A DNA stretch of 20,000 nt. It comes from Perkinsus olseni. Lineage: Eukaryota. The position numbers and the translations under genes are program-made. This document shows positions 1 to 10,559 of the stretch, one piece after another. The number at the start of each line of letters is the position of its first letter. Positions within the stretch are counted from its first letter, which is position 1. The stretch lies in the NCBI GenBank assembly GCA_013115125.1, contig JABANN010000068.1:61644-81643 (forward strand), written 5' to 3'. The notes under the pieces were generated by a model. It did no database searches. It saw only the letters and a list, made by a program, of their open reading frames with translations, and was not told the origin of the DNA.

Positions 1-18
1 CCTATCCTTAGTTCATCA

Positions 19-1200
19 TTGACCTTATACTTCATTTTCGATGAATTTTCACCTACTACTCGGAGTAGTCTACTCCCGTCGTTGTGGTGGATGGCGGCTC
101 AAGCTCAGACCTCAGGCAAATTCGCTCACTACCACCCAGCCTACACCATCATGTACGATCTTACTGAAGATGGTTACCTCTCGGTGGCCTTCGAGGTCCC
201 TTACAAAGAACCGGTGTTCTACTTTTCGGGCATGCGCCTTAGTGGAGGCCCCGGCACTTACAACGTCGACTTCCTCAGCCCTGATAGGGGAGTTGAGGCC
301 CTCTACGATGGCATCCGCGATCACTTCCCAGCAGCTGACATCAAACCCGGAGATCTCGCCACGCTGACGAGCGACGATGATGGTGTCTTCACCGTTTTTC
401 AAGGTCGAAAAATACAGTTCGAAAACTGGTCGCCATTCCCTAATCCTGGTCTTTTTGATGTGACCTTGCCGGGGCCTGAGGGGTTCTACTTCAGAGTCAA
501 GTTATCAGAGACTGAGTTTGTGAGGATAACCGCCACTTGTAACAACTTGAAGCAGCAAGCCGGCGAGGATGCCACTATTAATGTGGTCCTGGAGCTCAGT
601 CCTCGCCACCCCGTAGGCTCCGACGATGCATACTTCGAACTCAAGGACCCTAAAGACCCCCCTTTTTTCGCTCGGTACCCTACTTTGAAGTCATTTCAAG
701 AAGCGCTTGCGGCTAAATGCCCTTACCCGAATCCCTCAGAAGAAGACTTCAAAGTATTGTCCACATTCTCACCCAACACCATCCTCATCCAGGCCTTCGC
801 CAGCACAGGAGAGCTCTACCCTCTCACAAGGAGTAGATACTTCCTTTCGCCCGGAGTGTACTCTTACACCGCGGACGTGGCCCCCTTCGCTACACTCACA
901 TACCGCCTGGAGGAAGCTACTCGACTGAACATCGATTGCTCGTGCTCGGGGTCCGCTGTCACCACCAGTGAACTTCACGTTCCCTACCCCTGCCGTCGGG
1001 ATGACGGTCGAGTCTTTTGTATCAGTAAGAGGGGGATTACTGGTGATTTCACCTCCGAGAAGCTAGCCTTGTGCAGACAGCGATGCCTAGGGTCACGACT
1101 ACTTGAGGGAATCAGCTTCGATTGGTTCTTTGCTCCCACCAAGGATGCTATGTACCTCCCGTTTGGGGACACACCACTACGGATTAAGCGATCCGCGTAG
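19..1200 (+). CDS. Intronless lineage-specific hypothetical protein, probably secreted, with three tandem ~110-135 aa repeats; true start probably ATG at 41 with a 1-nt frameshift near 60
   Basis: 393-codon open frame. Three similar segments start TSGKFAHY.., NPGLFDV.. and SPGVYSY... The ATG at 41 (MNFHLLL) is off-frame and would join RSSLLPSLWWMAAQA, a signal-peptide-like stretch, if one base were added at ~60-61. No family recognised. Confidence 0.6.
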   Translation: MTLYFIFDEFSPTTRSSLLPSLWWMAAQAQTSGKFAHYHPAYTIMYDLTEDGYLSVAFEVPYKEPVFYFSGMRLSGGPGTYNVDFLSPDRGVEALYDGIRDHFPAADIKPGDLATLTSDDDGVFTVFQGRKIQFENWSPFPNPGLFDVTLPGPEGFYFRVKLSETEFVRITATCNNLKQQAGEDATINVVLELSPRHPVGSDDAYFELKDPKDPPFFARYPTLKSFQEALAAKCPYPNPSEEDFKVLSTFSPNTILIQAFASTGELYPLTRSRYFLSPGVYSYTADVAPFATLTYRLEEATRLNIDCSCSGSAVTTSELHVPYPCRRDDGRVFCISKRGITGDFTSEKLALCRQRCLGSRLLEGISFDWFFAPTKDAMYLPFGDTPLRIKRSA

Positions 1201-1774
1201 GCCCCTGCAGCAGCGACATGGCAAGTGAGGAATCGGCCGAAGTTTTTTTCTGATTCTTTTTGGTGTAGAATATTCACGATGTTTTTCACTACAAGAACCA
1301 TTTGATTACTATCTGATATTTCATGATATTCGCCCACTGCGATCTTTCACAGTTATCAACTCCGCGTATGGGTTGCGAGGTGTCTCGCCGAAAGATGCTG
1401 TTGAGTGCTCATCAGTATCGGGCAACCGTCTGCCGGAAGGAGCCCAGCTGGTCAGGCGCTAGAGATGAGCCACCAAGGTAGGCCTAGTTCGAAATTGCAA
1501 TGATGCTAGGTAGCTACTATAAACGAGAGAGTATCTCGGGGTTCAGGCCGGTCCCAGGGCTTCGGGGTTTGCTGTCCGAGCCGGGCACATCCGCCTGCTC
1601 TATTGTGGGGCTAATTGCTCTCAGAAGCACTTACCGGGACAGTACATGCAGTTGGGCATCCACTCTGCCACAGGGTTGATCGAGTCTAGTAGGAGTGCCG
1701 TGAATGATGATCTCTCGACCGCTGAGCCACGAAATGACGACGGTGTTCAGCGGCTGAACTTCAGCCCTTTCCTC

Positions 1775-3646
1775 ATGTCATCTCTCCCTTCCCTTGCGGT
1801 CCTCGTAACTCTCCCACTCGCCGTCACTGGTCAGACTACAGGGCAGCTCACCCCGGCTGGAGCAGGTGCCCCGAAAAGCTTTCAACTGGACACGCCTCGT
1901 CATCTCGCCCTCCCCTCAGACGTCCCCAATGGAGGCCCTCTGGACGCCATCCTCATCGCCCTCATCTTCTCGATCATCAGCACCCTCTGCATCTCGGCAG
2001 GTCGGCTCAGAAACTTTCTTTCCTCTCACTGTTCACTCTCTCGCGATTTCTCATTCTTCCCATGTATCTCCGTCGATTGCTCGTCAACTTGCCAGCTGCG
2101 TTGTACCACCGTGCTCGATACACCGATACAACGCAGCTGTCGTTCTCAGGCGTCGGCGGTGGTGGTGTCTTCGTCCCCCTCCTCAACAGCGGCATCCTCG
2201 GTCTCGCGACTCCCCTCGAGGCTCATCAAAGTGCCGCCCTCTCCGTCACGCTCGTCACCTTTGCTGCTATCGCCGCGGCTGCCGTCAACATAAGGTGCGT
2301 GGCTTCCGTAATTTCGTGGCGCAGCGGTCATTTCAGGTCCGGATTGGTCGACTACAGCTCCTGTTTGCTGATCGTGCCTGCTGCTAATGCTGGAACGATG
2401 ATTGGTCGGCAGGAAAATCGGGAAATTCCGGGAATTTTCCGAAAAAAAGACGGGAAAAGTCTTGTTTTTTGTCAGGTGTTCTGATCAGTAAATCTTGCCC
2501 CGATTGGTTCATCCTCCTCCTCACGGTTTTCGTCCTCGCCTGGGTGGCTTACTCGGCGTTCGGAAGATTCATTAAGACGAGGTGAGAAATGACGGTGGGA
2601 AGACTGGTGCCCGGGATCACTTGCAGGAAGAAGGAGCAGCTTAACGAGTTGAACAGACCGCTAGTCGGTGACCTCGATTTATGCAAACCTAGCGTCGATT
2701 CCGACAGCAACTCTTGGGCGACAGCAGCGGTGCTGATAATATCCTGGGTAGTGGTCTGGTTGATAACCCTCGTCCTCGGCGGGCATAGAACTCCTTCCAT
2801 CCTTGGTGAGATAGAAGATTCGCATCGACCGGGCGAGGTTGCCTCTTTTGGTGCTAGGTCTCAAGATTTGCTCCTCATCCTACTGGACTGTCCTGGCTCT
2901 CGCCATAGCTGTTCTCATGACCATCTCGATGATGTCATAATCGATCAGCCGATCGATTTGGAGATTCTTTCCACCTGTTTCAGACAGAGTAGTCGACTTT
3001 CTGTGCCCTCAAGTGTGGTACCGACCCCCGAGCCGCCACATCAACCTCGGCGTCGCCCTTCTGTTTTGATCTACTCCTTCCTGAGCTTCTCCGGTGGTAT
3101 CATATGCTCTGTCATTGGCATCGGTGGAGGTATGATATTCGGCCCGCTTTTACTAAGCCTCGGCAGGAAGCCTACCGTCGCCACAGCGACCTCCGCAATT
3201 GCAGTATTAATGACCAGCAGTATCGCGGCAGGACAGCTGGCTATGGAAGGTCCGACCGCGCGCCACGAAATTCCCTTTCAATCACGGACTTCTACGCATT
3301 TCTACTAATCTCTGCAGAAGATGTTTAACATCATCATCAGGCCATCTCGTGTCCGATAGTACCCTCCTCTACGGCCTCTTCTCCTTCCTGGGTGCTCTAC
3401 TTGGGACGCTCTACATCACCAAGGCAGTTGCAAAACATGGTCCGTAGGCGCTACGGAATTCTTAGCGGAGCGAAGTTCTTTCACTCAGGCCGTCAATCGA
3501 CTTTAGTGCTGCTCCTCCTGGTGGTGGTCGTTATTAGTGCGATTTTCGCTGCCATTGTTGGGGTGCAGAAGATGCTGAATGACCAGCAGGTCCACGGGTT
3601 CTCCAACCCATGCATTGGAAGGTCGCATGCCATGCATTTCTGTTAG
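1775..3646 (+). CDS. Sulfite exporter TauE/SafE (TSUP) family multi-pass membrane protein, multi-exon
   Basis: Manual splicing with introns 2001-2149, 2295-2336, 2405-2475, 2582-2626 and several later ones. This gives SAGVGGGGVFVPLL, GLVDYSSCLLIVPAANAGTMIG, PDWFILLL and the second-repeat motif IGIGGGMIFGPLLLSLGRKPTVATATS. Ends ..GFSNPCIGRSHAMHFC*. Junctions at 2800-2985 are less certain. Confidence 0.88.
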
Positions 3647-3770
3647 TATATATCCCGCTCTGTGTTCGCAATCAGTAGAGAAGAGACCCCTGGTTCGATC
3701 CCTGGCAGGTGTCGTTTTATCATGTGAACTCAACAAGATAATGTAAAGAATCCTTATGCCATTTAGATGC

Positions 3771-4685
3771 TCATTGTAATCGAAATTGGGTCAGTGGCGC
3801 ACCTGCGAAGATGATGCCAACGATTGAAACGTGGATGAGTAGATGAGCAGGCAAGCACCAGGGATATTCAGCCGAAGATAGCGGGTTCGATTCCCCGTCC
3901 CGCCGCTTTCTCACCACGAAAGAAGTGAACTGCCTGTCGTCCAAAGAAATCTCCTTTCTAGTCTTAACCTCTAGTCTATCTATTCGGGACTGACAACGAT
4001 ACCAAGTTGGTATTACCAGCAACGCTGAGGCGACGAACGAGAAAATTCCTGAGGGTATCACGACGCAACCCCCGGCAGATGTCACGATGATAATCGAACC
4101 ACATCATCGAGGACGATGTTGAAGGCTATCAGGTTGAAGGTTTCGTTAACACCAATACAAATGTATGGATACAACGCGTGAAGGAATGATAGCACAAAGT
4201 ACAGAAAAGAAAAGGAGAGTAACAGTACGATAGTAAAGTAATATTACTGTACGTCAATTTTATCCTTAAGACCCGTCGCTTTTATCTCAACTAATACAGA
4301 AAGGGAGCGATTTAGATCAATGCAACCACACTGCAGCCTGTCTACCGACGACAGCATCGCCGCACCCCGTTAACACCGGATGGCTACTCGTTTGCTGCCA
4401 ACATTTCCAAGCCAATAGACCATCTCATCGACAATTTTCGCCGGCCCTTCAATGCAGCCATCAACGCTACCAGTAGGAGTGTTCATGCACCTACACCATC
4501 ATTAACGGTATTTGTAATCTATGTTGAGCAAGAGTCTACCAGCCATGAAGGCCGAGCCTTTCCGCCTCGCGCGCCGCGTCTCGCCGGAAGAAGACGCCCT
4601 GGACTTTCCCGAAGACTTCAAATTCAACTCGGCTGAAGGAGGTGCGCACACGAGGGGAACTATTGCTCAACGGCGAAGATGTCAT
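3771..4685 (-). CDS. ACYP: Acylphosphatase (3 exons: 4685-4540, 4490-4388, 3989-3771; ~155 aa), not visible as a whole in the ORF track
   Basis: Spliced translation [97 protein letters not shown]. It contains the GxVQGVxFR signature (catalytic Arg) and the GWxxN catalytic Asn. GT-AG junctions are phase-compatible. Confidence 0.9.
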
Positions 4686-4783
4686 GGAAAAATAAAAAGT
4701 CACTGCGCCACAAAATAGAGTATCTTAGGTTGACTCAAGTAAATAATGGAATTAGAAACAATACGTGAGGAGTAACAATTATA

Positions 4784-7030
4784 TCAACTTCGCAACTGTG
4801 GCGGCGGACAGTGGAATTTCGTGGCGCGCGAAATGGACCTCACTCGGACTCGTCGAAGTACTTCTCTTGTATGTCCTGACATGAACAAGAATATGGAAAA
4901 CATGCGCTCGAAAAAGGTATCTTCCATCCATGCCGTGGCTACCATTTCAAGCTCCCTGCTGATGAACGCATCCAGATCTTCGTCCTCGTCAATTTCAGTG
5001 TAATCGATGAATCTTCCATCTCTGCCGTCAAGGAATCGGGCCTGAGAATGGCGTTGAGAAATTTCAAGATTGCAAGATGTGCTGCTCCTCTTCTCAACTG
5101 ATACATGAATATCAGTTCATGAGGCTTCGAAAGTTGTCGAACAGAATCGCCCACTGACCGCAATCTATCTCTAGCGGAGCGAAGCGTTTTTTCTTGCCTG
5201 CATTGTTTTCCTTAAAGCCTGCACTCTTTCTTCCCGACAGTCGGCTGCCTCGGCGTCGAAGTCAGCAAGATCGATCGACTCAGTGATGAAGTCATCGGCC
5301 AGGGGTTCGAGGCGGGGGTTATTGTGAGGGACGCTCCCGTCGTGGAGATGAGCTTCCATTTGATCTGACATATTCCGTATCTTGCACGCTTAACCACAAG
5401 ACACCCAGCATGTGCGATACATCTCCCACGCAAGCATCAACCAGAGACACCACCAACTGGCCAGAATCTCGCGCGCCGTGATTCGCCCCTCATTGACACT
5501 TACGAGTGACGAGTTATCAGATTCCCCCCATACCACATTTCCACCACATCTCTCGCGAACCAGACCATTTCCGGACCAACAAAAACCAACGACCTCTCAT
5601 CAAGCCACACCGCTCAGGACTTGACCCAGTTCGCCGGATAAGACAAATTGAGATCATTTGCTGTCTGGCAAAACTGGAGGTATCATATTTTGTGATTATC
5701 GAATTTTCCGAAAAACTGCCTCTCATCGAACGGCTTTCCGCAACCGCCGGAGAAGAAGGTAAGAAAGCACCTCACCGACACGATACATTTCCCGGAAATT
5801 AGAAATTTTCCCGCCAGTTAGGTAATTTACGATCTCTTTTCAGGGAAAATCATAAAATTTACGCCAGTTTCGTGAAAACTTGATAATTTTACACTATTTT
5901 CCCCAAAATTCTCCCAGCGTACCAACAATATATGATTTCCTCATCTCCCGCTTGCCCTCCTCATCAGCTGCCGAGTACTCAGCGTCGTCAACTGCATCGA
6001 TCAGCTTCGCTCCGCTCTTTTCTGTGTCGAATTTGCCCACTAGGGAATGCCACAGCCCGGCGTCACGGCGTCGCATTCTAGCCTCGGAAAAGTATCCATC
6101 GATCTTGTCATCTTCGCGCTGCATCCAGAGGACTCTCCGATGACCAACAACTTTTGAATTTCCGGGCGCAGTGACAGGATTTCCGTCATCGCCGTAACAT
6201 TTCGTGGCGCGTGACGCTCCTTGTATGAAGGCAAATACCTAGCGACCAGCGACTTGGAAGGGTATCTTAGGTTGACGCACGCACTTCATGATTGTCGTTG
6301 AGGGCAAGATTGGCGAAATATCCAAGCAACTCGTTTTCGGCAGTGATGATCAAAAGATATCTCTCGAAAAACGTGTGAGGAGAGGTAGTGAGCAGGGTGA
6401 AGAGGGAGGCGCCGACAGCCTGAGATTCACAAAAATTCCGATTCAGCTGATTTAGAAAAAGAGAGAGGGCGGAGCGAAGCGTTTCGAAAACTGCAAAAAG
6501 AAGCAGACAGGCTCGACAGCTGACTTGTTTCGTATCTGCTCATCTTCAACCTATGATACGCCTCGCATCTATCAAGTAACTTCCATAATACAGAATAGCA
6601 GCGATAGGGTTATTTCCGCTAGTATCTTAGGTTGAACCTCAGACTAAATGAAGCGCTAAGATATTTTGCCGCCACACCTTCACATGATTGATTTCTCACA
6701 CGCACATCAACCGCCATAATCTTGCGAATCAGGTTTGAATTCGAAATCCCTACTTTTTCGTCAGAAAATCGGTTGCAATATTCTCCCTTCTCCTTGTCAT
6801 AATAAACTCCACCAGGCAGCGGAATTTCCGCAAATCTGAGCTCAAAAAATACCCCGAAAACGTCACGCGCCACAAAATTACCGTGGACTCGCCATGACCT
6901 TCTGGACGACCTCAGTTGGTTCTAATTTTTCTCCCGCCGGAATTGAACCCTCGAGAGCCCTCCGCAGCTGCTGATGATGGTGGCAGCACGCAGGCGGCTG
7001 ACGTGGCCGTTTGCACTGCACAGAATCCAT
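4784..7030 (-). CDS. CCDC97-like (DUF2052) protein, multi-exon; exact 3' end and some internal exons uncertain
   Basis: Exon peptides LLTTSPHTFFERY..NDNHE|VFAFIQ, HRRVLWMQREDDKIDGYFSEARMRRRDAGLWHSLVGKF and ALRKTMQ|ARFLDGRDGRFIDYTEIDEDEDLD match remembered CCDC97 motifs (PxxFLERY, YFSEExMRxRxPxLY, RFLDGxDxxFDY). ATG at 7030. Confidence 0.75.
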
Positions 7031-7163
7031 TATAGTTCAAGTTGAGCTAGCAAGATACGGGTGAGGTCGACCTAAAGATTCCTCCTGAGAATGGTGTAAC
7101 GCAACGCCTGGATGAAGAGAGAAGTACAGCGTCAACTCGAATGGGGAATTTCTTTCTTATGTT

Positions 7164-9438
7164 TCACGCGAGGAAATACCACCTGAAAGATAGAGAGCTT
7201 TGGCGGAACGTGATTGGCGAAGTATCCAAGGTCGAAGCGTGCAAGATACGAGCGAGGTTAAAATCACTGGTGTTTTCAGTCATAACTAATTTGGAGGCAA
7301 GTACCAATCCAGAAGATACTCAATCCAACCTATTCCGCATCTTACCTGCATGAAGCCCAGATACCGCCCTGCATAACTATCGCCACCGCCGCTGTAACCA
7401 TTGCCACTTCAACACAAACCTTCTGACTCGGCTCGGCGACCCCCAATCGTTGCAAAACCGGCGACGCACCAGAAGCTCCATCCACTCCGCCCGTCCGGAG
7501 CAAAGATACGTATATGAATACCATGCTGGTTAGGAATCTAAAGGTTGACCTCGTCATTCACAGACATGAAAGATACTCTCTAAGAAGCGAAAATCGACTC
7601 TGCAATTTTCCGCCAATATTCATACCAAATTTTTCGCTTCTAAATATTACCCAACATTTTTCATCGGCCAAACAATTACCAATACGCACACCGAAAATTC
7701 TCCAACCCCAAATTAAGTCAAAACACGAAATCCTACCATTCTGTTTCTACTAAAAATTTTCCCCTAAAATTCCAACTTACCCGAGACCGCACGCTAAGCT
7801 CTTCACCCATCCCAAAGGCACCATCCACAAAATCGACAGCGGTAACATCACCGCAACGCTGTAACCGTACGAGCTGGTCAACAACAACCACAAAGAAGCC
7901 TTCGCTCCGCCCTGCTGCCCGTGAGCTGGAGGCACTGCGTAGCTCCCTCCGTCATTGGTAGCAGCATCATCGATGACATAAGTGTTGTGTCGAGTAGTAG
8001 CGGGGCGAAGCCAAGCAGGTAGGCGGTCCCACCAGCCGGTCTCGTCGTCGCCGGACGTCTGCTGAGTTCTGTTGGTGATCCAGAGAAGAAGGCCGAGGGT
8101 GATGAGAGGGGCGAGGATAACAACACCGAATAGAACAAGCCACGCTGTTCCTGAAAGAAAATTTTCGCGAAATTTCCGGATACCTTTGACACAGAATTTC
8201 TTGTATAGGAGAAGAGATACGCGTATCTTTCAGCGCACAGCGAAGGTTTTCTTGATTTCTCTGCCAATGAGAATGACCGAAAGGACTCCACCCCATTAAA
8301 AACGCTGGCGAATTCAGGGCGAGAATTTCCGGCTAACGCCTGATTATACGAAAATGCCGCTCCCCAGAATCGAACCCGGGACTTACCAGCCAAAGTGTAA
8401 TCAGTCGTATGAACTTCTCCCTGCTTCGCTCCGCTCAACAATTGGCGAGAAAAGTTCGCGGTTGCGGTTAGAAAAATAACAGCGGTAGTGCAGATCCAGA
8501 ACGGTCCTGGAAAAACGACGCAGCTGAGGATCGATCCGGGGCCCTTCCGACTACGAAGCTCGTCTATACCACGTAAACACACCGAGCCGTGCGAATCACC
8601 GCTAACGTGAAAAGCATGAGAAAAGCACCAAACGCGGTTCGAACCCGCGTCCGGCAAACCCCTAGAAATTTAAAAAAATGTCGAGATTTTTCCGGAAATT
8701 TTCCATCTTATTACCCCACAAATCTGGATTGGTCCGGAATGAAGACAACAGCTGGATGGAGTCCGCAAAGTGACGGGTGAAAAATTGGGCAATTCGGCCG
8801 CCCTCAGGAGAACCGGTTGAGCCGGGAGAGGGGAGCTGGAGGGAAGATGAGGGCGACAGGAGCGACAATCTGACGAAAAAAAAATCCGAAAAATTTGGTG
8901 ATTTTTGACTTACCTGTATGGCCATATGGCGAGTAGAAGTCTTCCTTCAACGTCTCGAGAAGTGACCTGAAAATTCCCAACGAATTAAATGCAGGAAAAA
9001 TACCCCCGCCAGGGATCGAACCCACGCCCTATTACATCGAAGAAGTTATCCTGTATGTATGAAAGTGTTAGTCCGCATGTCAACTTCGACAAGAGCCAAC
9101 CTCCGGATACTTCCGATGATGATGAGGACGCCGCCGCTGCATCGCCTCCAGCGGCAGAACGTCTGGGGGCGCTGTCCAATTGGCCGTCCAGACTGAGTAT
9201 CTTTGATCGATCACTCGATCGATTTCCTTCAACCTCATTGGTATCTTTCGACCCGCTACTGAAGTCAACCATGGGCACATCGTACTTGATAGGACCTAAG
9301 ATATTTCAGGATCAAATTTTTCCCGCGCGCCACGAAATTGTCTGTCATACCGCGCGAAGGTATTTCTTTCTGCTTGTCATCCTCCGTGCCCTCGAAGCCT
9401 TCATCCATCAGAGCTCCAGCGTCGATCGGAACGTACAT
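7164..9438 (-). CDS. Yip1-domain Golgi/ER membrane protein (YIPF1/2-like), multi-exon; may begin further upstream at the WW exon (10431)
   Basis: Spliced peptides DNFFD|VTSRDVEGRLLLAIWPYR, NPDLWG|PFWICTTAVIF, SSYGYSVAVMLPLSILW and terminal RWYFLA* (stop 7164-7166) match the Yip1 motifs FDV..V..R, PDLYGPFWI and YGYS. Phase-compatible exons 9438-9351, 9295-9111, 9050-9036, 8966-8914. Confidence 0.85.
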
Positions 9439-9555
9439 TAAAAGATACACAAAATCGATTAACCGTTTCATATAGATCAGAATTTCGTGGCGCAGTGAGA
9501 AGATCGGAAATTAGCCCGACTACTGAGACTGAATGAACTTAAGTGAGGTATTGAT

Positions 9556-9812
9556 TAGAGCTGGGCATCCGTACTGGGGTCGAGGAAAGTACGGTACGGT
9601 GTACGTTCCAAACTGCCAACCTAGTACGGGTACGGAGAATCAGTACGTATCAACTATATTAAACAACGCATACGTGTATTAAATTACGCCGTACTTCAGG
9701 TACGGCGTACTAGTACGGTACTTGGGAACCGCTGCGACGGGTAGTACGGGTACGGAGCCGTACTCGTACCGCACTCCGTACTAGACCGTACCCGTACTGT
9801 CGCCCACCTTTA
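9556..9812. mobile_element. Non-autonomous hAT-superfamily MITE (257 bp)
   Basis: Perfect 8-bp target-site duplication GTATTGAT at 9548-9555 and 9813-9820. Imperfect TIRs TAGAGCTGGGCA and (rc) TAAAGGTGGGCG. Interior is packed with GTACGG/CCGTAC repeats and has no ORF. Confidence 0.88.
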
Positions 9813-10304
9813 GTATTGATGCGATAGTGTCGTATTATCAAAAATGAACTCGCCAACATTAGCATATTGATATCAGCTACATGAATAACAGTGATACCAC
9901 TAGCTCTAGATATACAATAAACCGTCCTACCAATAATTTATTATCATACCATCTCTTCCCTAGTCAATATCTCGATTGTCCTGTGGCAATGTCACGGAAA
10001 CATCCTCACACGAGCTTCGTTCTATCTACTACGCCGAGATATCAACCCTACTATTTCTACTCCAAAAGCACCCTAAGAAAGTAGCTTTCCCCGCACAAGC
10101 CATAACGGAAGCCGGCTGGGGAATTATTTTTGGTCAACACAGTAATCATTAAGAACCAAATTCCGCAGTCCACAAGAAGGAAATAAGGGAAAAATTCTGA
10201 TGGAAAAACCGGAAAATTCGATAGCTTTCTTGCAGACTCAACCCAACGCCTCCCCTACTACTCTCCTTTTTCTTTTTTATTATTTTTCTTCTGCTTTCTG
10301 ACAC

Positions 10305-10431
10305 CTCTAGCGGTCGCCGGTTGAGTTGGACGGTCCCATTGGGTCTGCTCCGTTACTTCGTTGTAGAAGTACTCTTCACCATCATCAGTGGTGTATCGAG
10401 TCCAACCCAAGGGAAGGGAGTCACTTGACAT
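10305..10431 (-). CDS. WW-domain-encoding first exon, probably the 5' exon of the Yip1 gene
   Basis: ATG at 10431 gives MSSDSLPLGWTRYTTDDGEEYFYNEVTEQTQWDRP, a canonical LPxGW..G..YFYN..T..TQWxRP domain. It is followed by a phase-1 GT donor at 10304. Confidence 0.85.
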
Positions 10432-10559
10432 AGGGTATCCAAGGTTGAACCGTGCAAGATACGAACTAGGTCAACCTGAACTCCACCCTCACAACTCAAT
10501 TGGGCTTTCAGTGCGGCGGTAATTATAACAAGGAACGTTCAAGGTAGTTTACGTTGAGA

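Noticed and set aside
3640-3718. Possible tRNA gene (GTTAGTATA..GGTTCGATCCC..TTTT)
   Set aside because: No pairing acceptor or anticodon stems could be built; kept only as a B-box module.
7878-8657. 259-aa ORF as a stand-alone gene
   Set aside because: It reads through Yip1 introns; only the PFWICTT..YTLA part is in the true frame.
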